Assembly: GCF_036321535.1 (NCBI RefSeq)
Contig: NC_087437.1
Coordinates: forward strand, 37,822,001 to 37,886,000
Direction: 5' to 3'
Source of the DNA: Camelus dromedarius
Lineage: Eukaryota
Length of the DNA: 64,000 bases
Made by a program: the position numbers and the translations under genes
Notes under the pieces: model-generated
The model's input: the letters and a program-made list of their open reading frames with translations, nothing else
Databases searched by the model: none
What the model was told of the DNA's origin: nothing
Shown: positions 1-12,884 of the stretch, piece after piece
Position numbering within the stretch: the stretch's first letter is position 1
Layout of the letters: each line of letters starts with the position of its first letter

Positions 1-294
1 GTGTATATACCACACTTAACAAAAAGGGAAAGTGTAGGGCAACAATGGGAAAGTATGAAAGGTGCTACTGGGCTTTTTTGATATTAACGGGAATGGGCAG
101 TCTGTCTTCTCAGCAGCTGAATTCACGGAAACTCCTTCAGAGGAGGGTTAATGGCAACCCTATTTTCAGAAGGCCCTGCTTTAGTTGGTTGAGGGAAATC
201 CAGATAAGAGTTCTTTTTGGATCCTCTGCAGCTCAAATGTTTTTACTTTATAATAATCTTTATACCAACTCTGGAATCTGAGTGTGTCCCTATA
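1..294 (-). mobile_element. LTR fragment (ERV-type), truncated by window start
   Basis: LTR-like text ending ...ataccaactctggaatctgagtgtgtccctata, then abrupt switch to AT-rich unique DNA. Confidence 0.45.
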
Positions 295-496
295 GTTAAT
301 TAATTATAACATTTCAGAAGTTTTTAATTAGGTTGGATTGAATTTAAACAACAAAACAAAAGCATACAAATTATGGAATAGACATGAGAATTGAAAATAA
401 AATTAATTGTTCAGGACATACCACAGAGAAAATTAGTAAGTTAATACAAATATACACATATTCTAGGAAAATTTCCTCCACTTCTCTTTATCTCAG

Positions 497-574
497 TTTA
501 TCAGAGTCTAAATCTCAGCCAGGAAGGTGTTAAATTATGTCCTCTTAAACATTACACAAGATAGGCCACCATAG
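497..574 (+). pseudogene. Pseudo-exon (78 nt, phase 1-1): YQSLNLSQEGVKLCPLKHYTR*ATI
   Basis: Acceptor ttctctttatctcag|, donor atag|gtaacg; phase fits the next exon. Confidence 0.5.
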
Positions 575-596
575 GTAACGTCACAATACTCAAACC

Positions 597-1118
597 TATC
601 GACTAAAATAAAATAACGAAATGTGAGAGTTGCGGGTTAAGTTTTATTTGGGGCAAAATGTGGACGATAGCCTGGGAGACAGCATCTCAGATAGCTCTGA
701 GAAACTGTTCCAAAGAAGCAGGGAGAAAACTCAGTATTATATATGATTTCAGTAAAAGGGGGCACCTACAGTCAAAGGCAATGTAGTTGGCACATTTAGG
801 CAGAGACTTGCTGCTAGCCACGAGGATCGGATTTCACAGTTAGTGATTTTAGTGCTTTTCTAGATATGAGGAGACGCAAGAATTGGGCTCATAAAACCTT
901 CTGAAAATATCTAACTAACAATTGGAAGGCCTGTTCAGCCAGTTTTCCCAGGCACAGAGCACCTCATTCCTGATCTCCATCCTGAACTCCTTTCAGGGAG
1001 TGCTGGAGGTCAGTGGCTGCAGCAGCTTATGATTTAATCCAAGCAGAGGTAGATGGCAAGTGCCAACATGGTTCAATCCTTGTAGAGGCAGATGGCAAGG
1101 GCCAATTTTTGGTTAGCA
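597..1118 (-). mobile_element. ERV1-class solo LTR
   Basis: TA(TG)...CA ends, 4-bp TSD AACC (593-596, 1119-1122), AATAAA on - strand near 645, internal ~39-bp tandem duplication 1033-1105. Confidence 0.85.
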
Positions 1119-1308
1119 AACCCGTATGTATCGACCGAGTTTTATTTCTAATACTGAGAAAACAGTCATAATCTGTCCTTACAGAGACATTATTGGGATG
1201 GTCTGCCTCTGCCTGTTTTGTGGTAATGTTAATGTTAAAATATGGAAAACAACCTCCCTGTTAATATATTATACCTGAAGTTACACTTTTAAAAAAATTT
1301 CTTTTCAG

Positions 1309-1412
1309 GCTCGTACTTAACAAAATTGAAGGTTCACTGCATTAAAACACAATGCTGAGTGGCATTGAATCTTTTTAATAAGAGATAACAGTTGAAAGAA
1401 AAGGAGAAAGAG
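1309..1412 (+). pseudogene. Pseudo-exon (104 nt, phase 1-0): GSYLTKLKVHCIKTQC*VALNLFNKR*QLKEKEKE
   Basis: Acceptor tttcttttcag|, donor gag|gtgaga; KVHCIKTQC*VALNLF resembles GREB1L TFHIYQPQLTVARKLL (from memory). Confidence 0.6.
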
Positions 1413-2520
1413 GTGAGAAGGATGAGGAAGATGGAGTGATGCCAGGGAAAATAAAATTCTCATTTTACTCAAGAGCATGTGAAAGTTAAAGTGGTGGATA
1501 AGGAAAAAGAGGAAGTGCAAATACTTGATAGTTTGATGCAATCTGAAAGAGTTTTAAATGATAAAGGAAATGTGAAATGTGACTTACTTTCGTTTCTATT
1601 CATCTTCTTCTGGTGTTTCCTCTGTGGTTTACCTTGCCTTGCATTTTTAAAGGGAATTCAGGTCTTACCACTCTCCCATTGACTCTCCTCTGTGTTATTA
1701 GTACTTTCAGAGGCAGCATTCATTGTCACTGACAGACATACGTTTGTCTTTCTTATCAGATCCTTTTGGTAACTTTTTAAAAATTCACAGTCTCTACATC
1801 TGTAATTTCCTTTTCTCTTTGCATTAAGTTACTGAACATCTTTGTTCTCCTCCTTTCTTTCCCTTTATTTTCTTCCTCCTTTCACCGCTCTACGTCTGAC
1901 GCTTTATGCAATTCTCTGCCACAAATACCTCTGACTTAGCCATGTCTCTGTTCCTTGTGACACTTCTTGGATATTTTGTTGCTGGAAAAAATACCACCTC
2001 TCCTGATTGTTTATTTCTGTAATCAAAGCACCTTAGTTAACTATTTGAATATACATTTGTAATATCTCAGGGTAATATTAAAAGATAATTTCAGATAAAA
2101 GTTGAAGTTGTCTGTTGTGTCTACCCTCATGAGACAGGTTTCCTCATGTGCTATTCAACATTTAGCTGTGAGCTGTAAGCTATATTTGTGGGAATCCTTC
2201 ATGCTAGTGGTTTTCTGTCCATTTGCTGGGTGCCTTGGTTTCATTTCTTAAGTGCAGAAAGTCCTGGATGAGTAACTAAGCTATCACTGCTATTTTAGAT
2301 TAGCTATTAATGTGGGTCATATATGTTATTTAGTTTTTAGGGAATCACTTAGTATGGTTATTTTGTTTGGGTTTATCTTTAGTGTATTTTTAGATAACCT
2401 TTAAATTCTCTTCACAGCTAAAACTGATTTGTGATTAAAATATTTCATTCATCAAAACACATTAAATTCTCTGTATATTCCAAATTCCTATGTCATTTTA
2501 AAATTACATAACCTCTTATT

Positions 2521-3595
2521 TTAAAATAAATAAAGCTTTTATTTTTAAAATTAATTAGTTAATTAATTTTTATTTAAGTATAGTCAGTTTACAATGTTGT
2601 GTCAATTTCTGGTGTACAGCATAATAGTTCCAGTCATACATATACATACATATATTTGTTTTCATATTCTTTTTTATTATAGATTACTACAAGATACTGA
2701 ATATAGTTCCCTGTGCCATACTGTATAAACTTGTTGTTTATCTATTTTATATATAGTAGTTAGTACCTGCAAATCTTGAACTCCTAATTTATCCCTTCCC
2801 ACCCTCTTCCACCCGTGGTAACCATAAGTTTATTTTCTATCTGTAAGTCTGTTTCTGTTTGGAAATAAGTTCATTTGTCATTTTTTTAAATTCTACATAT
2901 AAGTGATATCATATGGTATTTTTCTTTCTCTTTCTGACTTACTTCACTTAGAATGACAGTCTCCAAGTCCATCCATGATGCTGCAAATGGCATTATTTTA
3001 TTCTTTTCTATGGCCAAGTAGTATTCCGTTGTATAAATAAACCACAGCTTTTTTATACAGTCATCTATCCATAGACCCATAGGTTGCTTTCATATCTTGG
3101 CTATTGTAAACAGTGCTGCAGTGAACATTGGGGTACATGTATCTTTTTGAATTACAGTTACCTCTAGATATATGCCCAGGAGTGCTGGATCACATGTTAA
3201 CTCTATTTTTAGTTTTTAAGGAACCACCATAATGTTCTCCATAGTGGCTGCACCAATTTACATTCCCACCAACAGGGTAGGGGTGTTTGCTTTTCTCCAC
3301 ACTCTCTCTAGCATTTATTATTTGGAGACTTTTTTATTATGGCCTTTCTGACTGGTGTGAGGTGAACCCTCATTGAAATTTTGATTTGCTTTCCTCTAAT
3401 AATTAATGATGTTGAACATCTTTTCATGTTCCTGTTGGCCACCTTTATGACTTCTTTGGAGAAATGTCTATTTACGTTTTCTGCCTGTTTTTTGATTGGG
3501 TTGTTTGATTTTTTTGATATTGCAGTGTACGAGCTATTTGTATATTTTAGAAATTAAGCCCTTGTCAGCTGCATCATTTGCAAATATTTTCTTTC
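2521..3595 (-). mobile_element. 5'-truncated young L1 (ORF2 C-terminus plus 3' UTR), cetartiodactyl/camelid-type
   Basis: ORF 2886..3080 gives L1-type IKKLWFIYTTEYY...WMDLETVILSEVSQ; T-rich tail at left; degraded TSD acataacc/acgtaacc. Confidence 0.92.
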
Positions 3596-3871
3596 ACGTA
3601 ACCCTTTTTAATCTCACCTTTTTTTTTTCAAAAATTGCTCTTCCTATTTTTAAAATAAGAGTAATTTTTCTTAATATTCAGTACCTCAAACAATACCAGG
3701 TCTTATTAATTTGTCTAGAAATAATTAGAAATAATTTAAGAAAAATGTTACTTTTTCAAAAGAAAAAAAAAAACACAAAACAAAAATACAGACTTAAGAA
3801 TGTTAGAACTAGAAAATACTGCTTTAAAAATCTTTATGTTATTACATTTAAAGTCCAAGTATGAAACACTT

Positions 3872-4348
3872 TGTCAACTGGAAAAAAGTGTGCAGAGTAT
3901 GATCTGTGAGTTGAGTCTTATTCACTGTCTTATTGAGATCTATAGCCGGGTAGACAGCCTCTCAGACAGCTTTGAGAAGCTACTCTGAAGAGGTAGGGGA
4001 GTGGCTGGAGAAGGCAGTGCATATGTGATTTTTAGCTAAGGAGTATGTGCAATTCAACATACATCTTGGTAGAAGGTTACTGCCATCATGAGGAACAGAT
4101 TTATTGGTTAATAATTTTAGTGCTTTTCTAAGTTTGGGAAGATGAAAGAAACCAGGTTCATAAACATGTTTCCTAGAATGTATCTAACTATCTAAGTGCC
4201 TGTTTTGCTTGTTTTCCTAAAGCGTAGAGTGCCTCATCCTGTTCTTCATGCTGAAATCCTTTTAGGATGCACTGTAGGTCAGTGACTGCAATGGCTAATG
4301 CCTTAATTCTTATAGTATCAGATAGTGAGCAGCATTCCTTGTTTTACA
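3872..4348 (-). mobile_element. ERV1-class solo LTR, related to the 597-1118 LTR
   Basis: TG...CA ends, TSD actt/gctt, blocks collinear with the 597-1118 LTR (ctcagacagct, ttttagtgcttttcta, tatctaacta). Confidence 0.85.
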
Positions 4349-4940
4349 GCTTCTATCATACTGAACTTTTAAAAGAGATTTTATCCATTATAGGGTTCTT
4401 ATTTTTAAATTCAATGTCTTTGAGATAACTGAAAGTTACTTAATGAGACTTAGATCACTAAGCGAAAATTTTAGATGAAAATTTAACTCATTAATTTAAT
4501 TTTAAGCATAAAAATTATATTATATGTACAGATAAATTTAGGTTCATGTATACGGAAAATACTTTAGATTTTTAAATTGAAGTAAATAATTTAACGTTAA
4601 GTTTTGGGAAAATTTTTTAGAGCATCCTACAAAATTATGACATCATCATCTGCTTCATTTAAGCATCACAAAACATATCAGCTGAATGCTTCTTAACTAT
4701 GAATCATGTTTGTTGGCCTGTAATTCTATTTTGTAATTTTCATCTAAACCAAATTAATTCTTCTCTCTTTATGCCAATGCCTGGCACAAAGTATATACAT
4801 AAATGTTCATCAAATGAGCAAACAGATGAACACATGCATTCCCAACTGGAACTACTATGTGTATATATTCATGGCCTAGAAAGAAAAGGAAAGACTAACC
4901 AATTTTTAAATGATAGAGTTAGTTTCTTTCTGAACATTTT

Positions 4941-5068
4941 TAGGATGATAACGTATTCCAGTTTATGTAGAACAGTCCTGCTTAATACTTGTTGTTCTCC
5001 TGTAACTATTATGTTCCCTTTCACTCTTCAAAAGGTTCTTATTTGGGCAATAAAGTATATGTTTCTTC
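4941..5068 (-). mobile_element. MER94-like hAT MITE
   Basis: ccctttcactcttcaaaagg...taaagtatatg matches remembered MER94 consensus in reverse. Confidence 0.6.
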
Positions 5069-5085
5069 TCGTACTTCTATTTAAG

Positions 5086-5445
5086 CATATATGTGAGAGA
5101 GAATAGAGAAATGCCTGTTTTGCTTTACTATTTTCATGTTGTTCCTGGACCTTAAACTAAATGATTTTCCTATATGGATATGACCAGATTCTACCTCAGA
5201 ATATTACTTTGGTTGCAAAAACACAATGCCAGAATTCTCATATCATTAATTTATTTGAATCAAGGCATCGAATGCCTGTCTTTGCTTAGATTACATCATC
5301 AGATAAACTCATCTTCTAGGCGGACGCTAGTGAAATGGAAATGGGAATAAGTGCGTTTTAAAGCACTGCATTAAAGTTATATACAGGATGCTTGCTTATT
5401 TCGGAGTCATCACCAGTGTAGCTTTTTATTGTCATCATTACAGAA
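5086..5445 (+). pseudogene. Pseudo-exon (360 nt, phase 0-0) ending ...LKLYTGCLLISESSPV*LFIVIITE
   Basis: Acceptor tttcttctcgtacttctatttaag|, donor gaa|gtaatg; one frame throughout, stops TAG/TAA only. Confidence 0.7.
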
Positions 5446-5499
5446 GTAATGTGTAACAAAGTGATCTGAATTCATACAAACAAAAAATAGGTGAAAGTT

Positions 5500-5830
5500 G
5501 TAGCCGTTACAGCTGTTTACATCCTGTTAAATATGCTCCACTCTTCTTCTGGACCCACACTAGAATCCTCCTTTGTTGCCTCTTTGAAACCAAACTAATG
5601 ACCAAAGCAGAAACTTTCCAACTGTTCATGATTTTCCACTTTCCTCTTCCATGAAAACCTGAATCATGATTAAGCTTCTGTATAACCTGGCTCCTGAGTA
5701 TCTAATATGTTTGGGATTCCCACGGTTCTGTATGTACATGAATGAAAATTGATTTTTTTTGTTATGTTAAGCCACTAAGATTTTAATAGACTTTGTTACC
5801 ATAGCATAACCTAGCCTGATCTAACCTAAC
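5500..5830 (+). mobile_element. Old MLT1 (MaLR) LTR
   Basis: 3' signature ttgttatgttaagccactaagattt...tttgttaccatagcataacctagc. Confidence 0.6.
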
Positions 5831-6591
5831 TCTACCATTTAGATAAGTAATCTGGAAAACCATAACCTAAATTAGGCTCTGGTAGTCACTTATGTGAACT
5901 TAATCTTTCTGACTACTTTCCTTAACTGTAAAAATGCAGATAATCACACCTTCCAGTCAGATTTGTTTAAAAGATTAATTGAGTAAATTTAAGTGAACTC
6001 GTCAGATATTGTGGTCACAGGGCCCTACATATTCCTTTATTGCTTATAAGTTTCATCCGGTCAGATGGGTAAAAAGTAGAAGAGCTATCGGACTTAAAAA
6101 TAACATTTATAAATTTACATTTACAATTTTATTTGTTATTCTTGTGGAGGAGTGTATCCTTAACCTTGAAGTTTGACCAAATGCTAGGTAGTTGATGTCA
6201 GAAGTTATTTCATAACATACTTCAAAACACATATACATGTATAAAATGTAGAAAGTACCTTTTCCTTATACTTTTGACTCATAGATAAACTTAAATAACA
6301 TCTGGGGTGACCTTATTTTTAAAAAAGTTTTACATTATTTTTACATTAAATAATCAAGACTATTCCAGGTCTTAGAATTTTTGTCTTGATTTTTTTCAAA
6401 AATTGTGGACTAATTTATGTTTATTCTGAACATTCTTTAACCAATTTTTTTTTAATGAAAACATGGTTTTCAAAACTAAGATACCCTTATCTAAAGGAAA
6501 TATGTTTCTGTTAACATTTTTCTTTCTGAGGCATCGACACATGAGTGTTTCATTATATATTCTCTTTCTTCATGTATGAATTATTTTTTAG

Positions 6592-6696
6592 GTGCATCTA
6601 TGTTTCAGTAATAATTTGCTTCATTCCCTGGTAATACTGAATAAACAAGTCATTATAATAATTGAACAGTATGAAATTAGAACACTGAAGAAATTT
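6592..6696 (+). pseudogene. Pseudo-exon (105 nt, phase 0-0, stop-free): VHLCFSNNLLHSLVILNKQVIIIIEQYEIRTLKKF
   Basis: Acceptor ttattttttag|, donor ttt|gtaaat; first 35 codons of ORF 6592..6894. Confidence 0.7.
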
Positions 6697-6711
6697 GTAA
6701 ATGCTATAATT

Positions 6712-6991
6712 CAGAGCTTTCCCTTTACCTGTGGAGATCTGGTGTTAAGCAGCCTACAATTGCATTGTGATCTTTTTCAATTTCCCAGGCAATTGCCAAT
6801 ACAGTTTCTACCAGAAACATATTCTGTTAGTAATTTGCCCTACAGAATTAGTGTCTTACTCCATGCAATGCTGTATTGCCTGCATTGTCGCTAATTGGCA
6901 ATCTCACCATGCATTCTGCTCAGTCATTACCTGCCAACTCCACGATGAGAAAAAGGCTGCCATTCACTAAGTTCCCAGGTGGAGAAATACT
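6712..6991. mobile_element. Ancient palindromic MITE, MER121-like
   Basis: Imperfect terminal inverted arms (acctgtggagatctggtgttaagcagcct versus reverse complement acctgggaacttagtgaatggcagcct); core tgcattgtcgctaattggca. Confidence 0.5.
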
Positions 6992-7339
6992 TTTAGTTTC
7001 CTATAACTTCAAAGTGTTGAAATTTGTTTTTTGATAAATTCACCTAATATCTCCCTACTATGCACCAATAACCTTAATAAAATTTGAATAGATACTATCT
7101 TAAATTAATGACTTAATAAAACTATTCATCTTGACAGTACATCAGTATTAGCAATAAATACATTTTCTTCTCTTTAATACAAATTTATACAAAGATTATT
7201 TTTAGCTACCATTTAATGGACATCAACTTCATGCTATTGCTAAGTTACTGCCATTTTTTCATTTTCATACTTATTTTTCAAAACCCTTTCAGGAAGATAG
7301 ATAGGATCCACATGTATATGTATCCTGTACTGGAATATA

Positions 7340-7685
7340 AATGTCACTAAGGAAGGAGTATTGTGTATTTTTCAGCAACACGTCTGAAGAGCCTAGAACA
7401 GTGCTGGGAACATAGTAAATACTCAGTAAGTATTAGTCGAATGAATGAGTGTTTTCTACCATTGTGTAAATGGAAGAGCTCCCTATTTGGCAGCCCTTGG
7501 CAAAAAGCTTGATGGGATTTATGACCAACCAGAAACAGTGAAGATATTATACTCTGGTATCCAGCAAGATAATAATCCCACAGGGATATTTGTCTGTTTT
7601 ACTCCATGATTTAGCTAAAGCCCCTGGAACAGGGACTAGCATCTAATTGGCAGTAAGCTCAAAAAATATTTGTTGAATAAGTGAA
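7340..7685 (+). mobile_element. Two L2 3' ends in tandem
   Basis: agcctagaacagtgctgg...gaatgaatgag and ggaacagggactagc...tatttgttgaataagtg. Confidence 0.7.
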
Positions 7686-8034
7686 ATTTTGTTTTCAGTG
7701 TGAATGCTAAGATGAACAAAATTTAAGATATGTCAGAGTGAAAGCCATTATTTAAATAAGTGTTTTCCATTATATCATATTTTAAAATAAATTTTAGTAC
7801 TTTTTTATATTTTACTTGATCCTAAAACTGAATATGCGTAAAGCAAGTGTGATAGTTCTCTTTCAGTAAATGTACTTGCTGAATTGTCTAAAATCAAGTG
7901 AATTTTCTGAGAATACAGAATTCACTGAAGAACTATGATTACATATTGGTCTTCTGCCTACTTTTTAATAAAACAGGGCTTTTTAAGGCATCTGAATTTA
8001 CTGTTATTTGAGAAATTTTCATGATTTTTAGATA

Positions 8035-8285
8035 ATTACCTAATGCTGTTTTTGTGTGTGGAGTCTTTAAGGTTTTCTTCATATAAGTCCACGTCATGTG
8101 AAAACAAGGAAATTTTACTCCTTCCTTTCTGATTTATCTCTTTTTCTTGTCAAATTGCTCTAGCTAGACTTTTAGTACTAGGTTGAATAAAAATGGCAAG
8201 AGTGGGACATCATTGCCTTGATCCTGACCTTAGAGGAAAAGCTTTTAGTTTTTCACCATTGTATATAATAGTGGTGGGTTTTTCA
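8035..8285 (-). mobile_element. L1 ORF2 (RT region) fragment
   Basis: gttgaataaaaatggcaagagtggg...ccttagaggaaaagcttttagtttttcaccattg, typical antisense L1. Confidence 0.8.
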
Positions 8286-9632
8286 ATCTTATCTTTTAGC
8301 AAAGATTGAGGTGCTTGTTACTTAGTATTGAGAGTGCAATAACTCCCTTTGAAAATGTTAGAATACAATCATAAACCTTTAGGCTGAAAGTTTCATAGTG
8401 ATCATCTTGTACAATATGCTTTATCTCCATTCAGGTAAACTGAGGAAGAGAATAAGAAGCCAAATAAATAATATACAATATATATGAGATAACTTTTTAC
8501 TTTATATTTTAACACCTTGATCAGCAATTATTTTTAGTTGGAACTCAGTATAAAGTCATTTATATACAATACATTTTTAATGTTGAAATCTTATTGCTTA
8601 TGGCTCAAAATTCAACTCAGAAAATGCCTTAGATGGAATTTTCCAGTACATGTTTTATTAAAAAGAATGTATCCTTTATACAGAAAAGACTATTAAGAAC
8701 AAGATATAGCCATGATTTTTAAACTAGTTTATCATTACACGTCTTTAAAGAAAATAATAATAAGGATGGCAGCAACAACAACAATATCAACAGCACAGGC
8801 ATATTAACATATTTAACCCCAAAGAGCCCTGTGAGGTCAGCACTTTTACTACTTTTATCTTACATGTGGGAAAACTGTGGAATCTGACCCCAGTCATTCT
8901 AGCTCACAGAATTGTCTTCTCAAGCACCATATTTTTCTGTAGAACAAATACACTCTGAACACCTATGTTTAAAACAGTTGGATACATAGTTAAACCTTTT
9001 TTGGATACATTTTCCAGTGACTTATGAACTTTTGAATAGTGTTTCATTGATTTTCTTGTTTTTTTCTGTGAACATAAAACAGTAGACAGTTATTAGATGT
9101 AATTTAGTGATCAAGTGGAAAATCTTGTGCTTCAGCAGGACTCTTGGTCAGTTTTTGAGTAATGCAGTTTGCATTTTGAATATGGGGGTGATTATCCTGA
9201 TCTTCTGTCAAAGGGAATATTCCTGGGGTTGATTTTGAAGTTAATGAGGGATTTCATAGGCTATAATAATCATTCTTAGAAGAAAGTGTAATGGCACAGA
9301 AGCCAGTGGTCCTAGGTTTTAATTTCTGTTTCATAAATAGTCATTTGGCCTTAGCCAAGTCACCTAACTTTATGAGAACCATTTTCCTCTCTTTTAAAGT
9401 GAGGAGGTTGGAGTCTTGACCTGGATCAACTTGAAGATTCCTTCTAAGTCTATTTTAACATTCAATGATTTGTGACCTCAGCCTCATTAATGGTATGTTA
9501 ATAGTCAAAATTAGGCCCAAATGAAATACATCAGGTTGCTTCTTATATGCAACAGATACTTTGGGGTTTGAAAGTCTGAATTTTTAATTTCCAATTTGAG
9601 ATCCTTTTTTCCTGCCCTCTATGCTCCTTCAG

Positions 9633-10280
9633 AAACCTTTGCTCTTAGAAAAGAACCAAAGTGCATGGAGTGAAGACATAGTTCTTTGAGTATTTTTAAA
9701 GTATTTAACAAGTTAAATTTAAGGATTTAATAATAAGATAAATATCTAAATTTCAAAAACAAAGCTTAAGTCAGACAGTCTGTCAACTGTTCCCTGTCTG
9801 AACTGGAATGGCAAATGAAATACATTACCACATCTCACCCATGTAGACAAGTTATGTAATGTATCAACAAAGAGGAATGACTTTGGATCCACCCTCTGGA
9901 AAAGATGCCCTAACTTGGCAATCCTTGCTGTGATCCTTGAACAGTGTGCCTGAGCAGTTGGAAGCAGGCTGGAACAATTGAAAAATACTGAATTAGTGGG
10001 AGGTAAGGGAGCTATCTGCAACAGCTGAAGCAAAATGAACTTTTCTGGCGAGAAAAGCAGCTTAGTTACAACCCTCTGAGCTTAGACGTCAATCCATCTG
10101 CAAGCAGAACAAGTGTGGGTGATATATGGAAAGGATATTTTAAAATCTGCTTGAGCTTGCCAATCTGGAGATTCGCCCAGGAAAGAGAGCCTTAGAAAAA
10201 TCACGATGGAAACAAGCAAATTTTATCGTATTTATGCAGAACTCAAGAGCCACAGAAACTAATTGGACAGACTCCCAATG
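9633..10280 (+). pseudogene. Large pseudo-exon with frameshifts (KPLLLEKNQSAWSEDIVL...ELEWQMKYITTSHPCRQVM...YLQQLKQNELFWREKQLSYNPL...)
   Basis: Strong acceptor ttttttcctgccctctatgctccttcag|; donor apparently mutated (aatg|ctaagc), so the 3' end is approximate. Confidence 0.6.
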
Positions 10281-10767
10281 CTAAGCAGATAAAGATTTCA
10301 TCATTAATAATTACTGTGACAGAAAGCTCTTTTAACTGTTTTTTCTAATATCTGTTGCAGTGATTAAATAAGTATGTGTACTAGTTTTGTGTAATATCAT
10401 GACAGAAAAAATACTTTCCCCACATGCCCTTATAAAGCTAAACCTCCTTTCTTGTAACTTGCTGAATCTTAAAGCAGTTTTCAAATATGGCTATGCTGTC
10501 AAATTAAAGTGGTAGGAACATTTCTTTCTGAAGTCAGGAGCATTTTATTTTGAATGCTCAAGAAAAATCACAAAAGCCAATTGCTTTGTTTCTTTATATT
10601 GAAAGTGGGTTTAACATCTTGAATTATGCAAAATATTTGTGACACTAAATAATAATGATGCACCTTTTCTTTAATATAAACAGAATTATTTTGCCAGCAA
10701 AGTGAAATATCCTGTATTAAAAATAATATTAATGCTTATTGGTTGTGTGTGTTATTGTCTTTTGCAG

Positions 10768-10913
10768 ACAGTAGTTGAATCACCATGATTTATTCCAAAT
10801 GAGATATTTTTAATGAAAATGTGTCACATAGACAAGCTAACCATTTCCAGTAATAATGTAACAGCTTCAAAAGGAGATACTACGGTGTTAAAGAGAAGCA
10901 TATGATTCTTGGT
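10768..10913 (+). pseudogene. Pseudo-exon (146 nt, phase 1-0): SS*ITMIYSK*DIFNENVSHRQANHFQ**CNSFKRRYYGVKEKHMILG
   Basis: Acceptor ttgtcttttgcag|, donor ggt|gtaagt; no frameshift. Confidence 0.7.
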
Positions 10914-11294
10914 GTAAGTGCCAGAGAACTCTATAGTTTTAATGTGTTGAATCAGTACAAGTGATGCAATGAATGATTAGATTTTATACTAGCAACTTAA
11001 TCTGAAGGAAGGAGACATTCTTATTTAGAGATTTCATTACATTTCTTAAAGTTAGAAAGAAAATTTGCCAAAAAGTTTTCAGATAACTTATTTTTTAATA
11101 GAAAATGAACTTTACAGTGTAGTGATTAATTTTATAGGCAAAACAGAGTTAGTGAAAGTACTCTAGATGGAGTATAACTAATCATATTTACTTTTGTAAA
11201 AATATTTAATGTTTAGCTATTGAAATGGTCATCCTAAACATTAGTTATTTAAGGGTTCAGAATTCTAGTATCTCAAATTACAGTTCTGTTTTAG

Positions 11295-11616
11295 GATAGG
11301 TAGATAAATAAGACAGGTTATATTTATTAACAATTGGAGAATTAAAATAATGGAGTCCATAGCAACCAGTGAATTTTATCCTATTTTAATTCACCTGTGC
11401 TCTTTTGGAATATATTAGTATTGATGCACTCCACTTTTAAAGACCAGCAATGAAACTATGAGCCCAGCTATCGTAGGCCATTGCTGATAACCAGACAGCA
11501 GTTATTACTGCATGTTATCAATGAAGCTGTTGTCCTACATCTCATAATAATGCAGCATGGAATAAATTCTGACCAGCTGTAAGAAGTTGTAAGAAGCTAC
11601 TTTCAAATTAAAAGTG
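11295..11616 (+). pseudogene. Pseudo-exon (322 nt, phase 0-1): ...ILSYFNSPVLFWNILVLMHSTFKDQQ*NYEPSYRRPLLITRQQLLLHVINEAVVLHLIIMQHGINSDQL*EVVRSYFQIKS
   Basis: Acceptor ttctgttttag|, donor gtg|gtattt; single frame, phases match both neighbours. Confidence 0.72.
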
Positions 11617-12884
11617 GTATTTAAGAAAAGGGTTCACTAGTAAAGTGTTAGAAATTAATTTCTTTTTCTGTTGTCTGGCATCCTTAAACCACCTCCAAAC
11701 TTAGTGTATTTTCTACTTTACTCTTTTTACAGTGAATGGCATAGGATATGATTTGCTTTGGAGGAAGTCATATTTTCCAGATTTTGCAATTAGGAATAGA
11801 TTCATTGTGGAAAGTATATTATTTAGTTTTGGTAGCTTTAATTCAAACTGCTGTAATTGAGTAATTGTGTAATTAGTTGTTGAATGGCTATCTTTCAGCA
11901 ACTAGCATTCTTAAGATTATAAACTCAGTGAAGACTGGAGTGGTGTCTGCCTTGTGAATCACAGCCCCCATCCCTAGCGTGAGGCCTTAACATAGTAGGC
12001 AGTCACTCATTAAGGAATTGCTTATTTTGGAATGACTGCACCGGCCCACACCTAGTCACTGGAAGGGAAGGAAATTCAAACCCAAGCTGCCAACTCTGTG
12101 CTTGGTGCTTTAGAGACTGTTTTGAATTTGTAAGTGACAGGATATGAGCTTCAAATTCATGGATAGCATTTCTCAATGAATTCAAAAATTACTGTTGAAT
12201 AAACTATGTGTATAGTGAGTATCTGGGCCACATCACTTGATCTGTTCTTGTGACATGATTTCATGGTGTGCTATTTACAGAAATGCCTTTAAGTTACAGT
12301 TTATACTGCCTATTATGATTCTGGAGAGTTCATGGCTAGGGCCACTATTTCAATTCTCAGAGGGAAAATGAGATTTTCCAGAGACACTTTCTTTTTCCTC
12401 AGAGTTTGTATCCCCAGCTGTAGTTGAAAATGCCTGTTTGATTCTAGTGGGAAAATCCTGGACCAAATGTGAGCAAATATTAGCCCTTTCCCATCTTGAA
12501 CCCTGAATCATCTGTTGACCAGTTGGGCCACTGTTATCTTAATTATCCTTTAAAATCCTTTCTGGTTTTGAATTTGTATTAAGTTAATAGTAATAAAGTT
12601 TTGTGTTTTACTTAATTCTGAAAAAATTTCATGAACTAGATTTTGACATCCCAATTTAAAATGAGGAAAATGAGACAGAGGGAATTCAAATTTAGTTCCC
12701 AACTTAAGCACTTAATCTTAGGTGATTATTCTATAGTAAACTAAAGATGATAATAAGTAAATTATTGTTCACAGTACTTTATGAATATCAAATATGATAG
12801 AAAATACTTCTTGTAGTTGATGTAATTTATAAGCTAAAAAGTAACGTTTGCAACACAAGCTATTATCAGTGCCATTTAATCCAG

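Noticed and set aside
6697..6970. Continuation of ORF 6592..6894 and ORF 6767..6970 as coding
   Set aside because: Beyond the donor at 6696 the frame runs into the palindromic MITE
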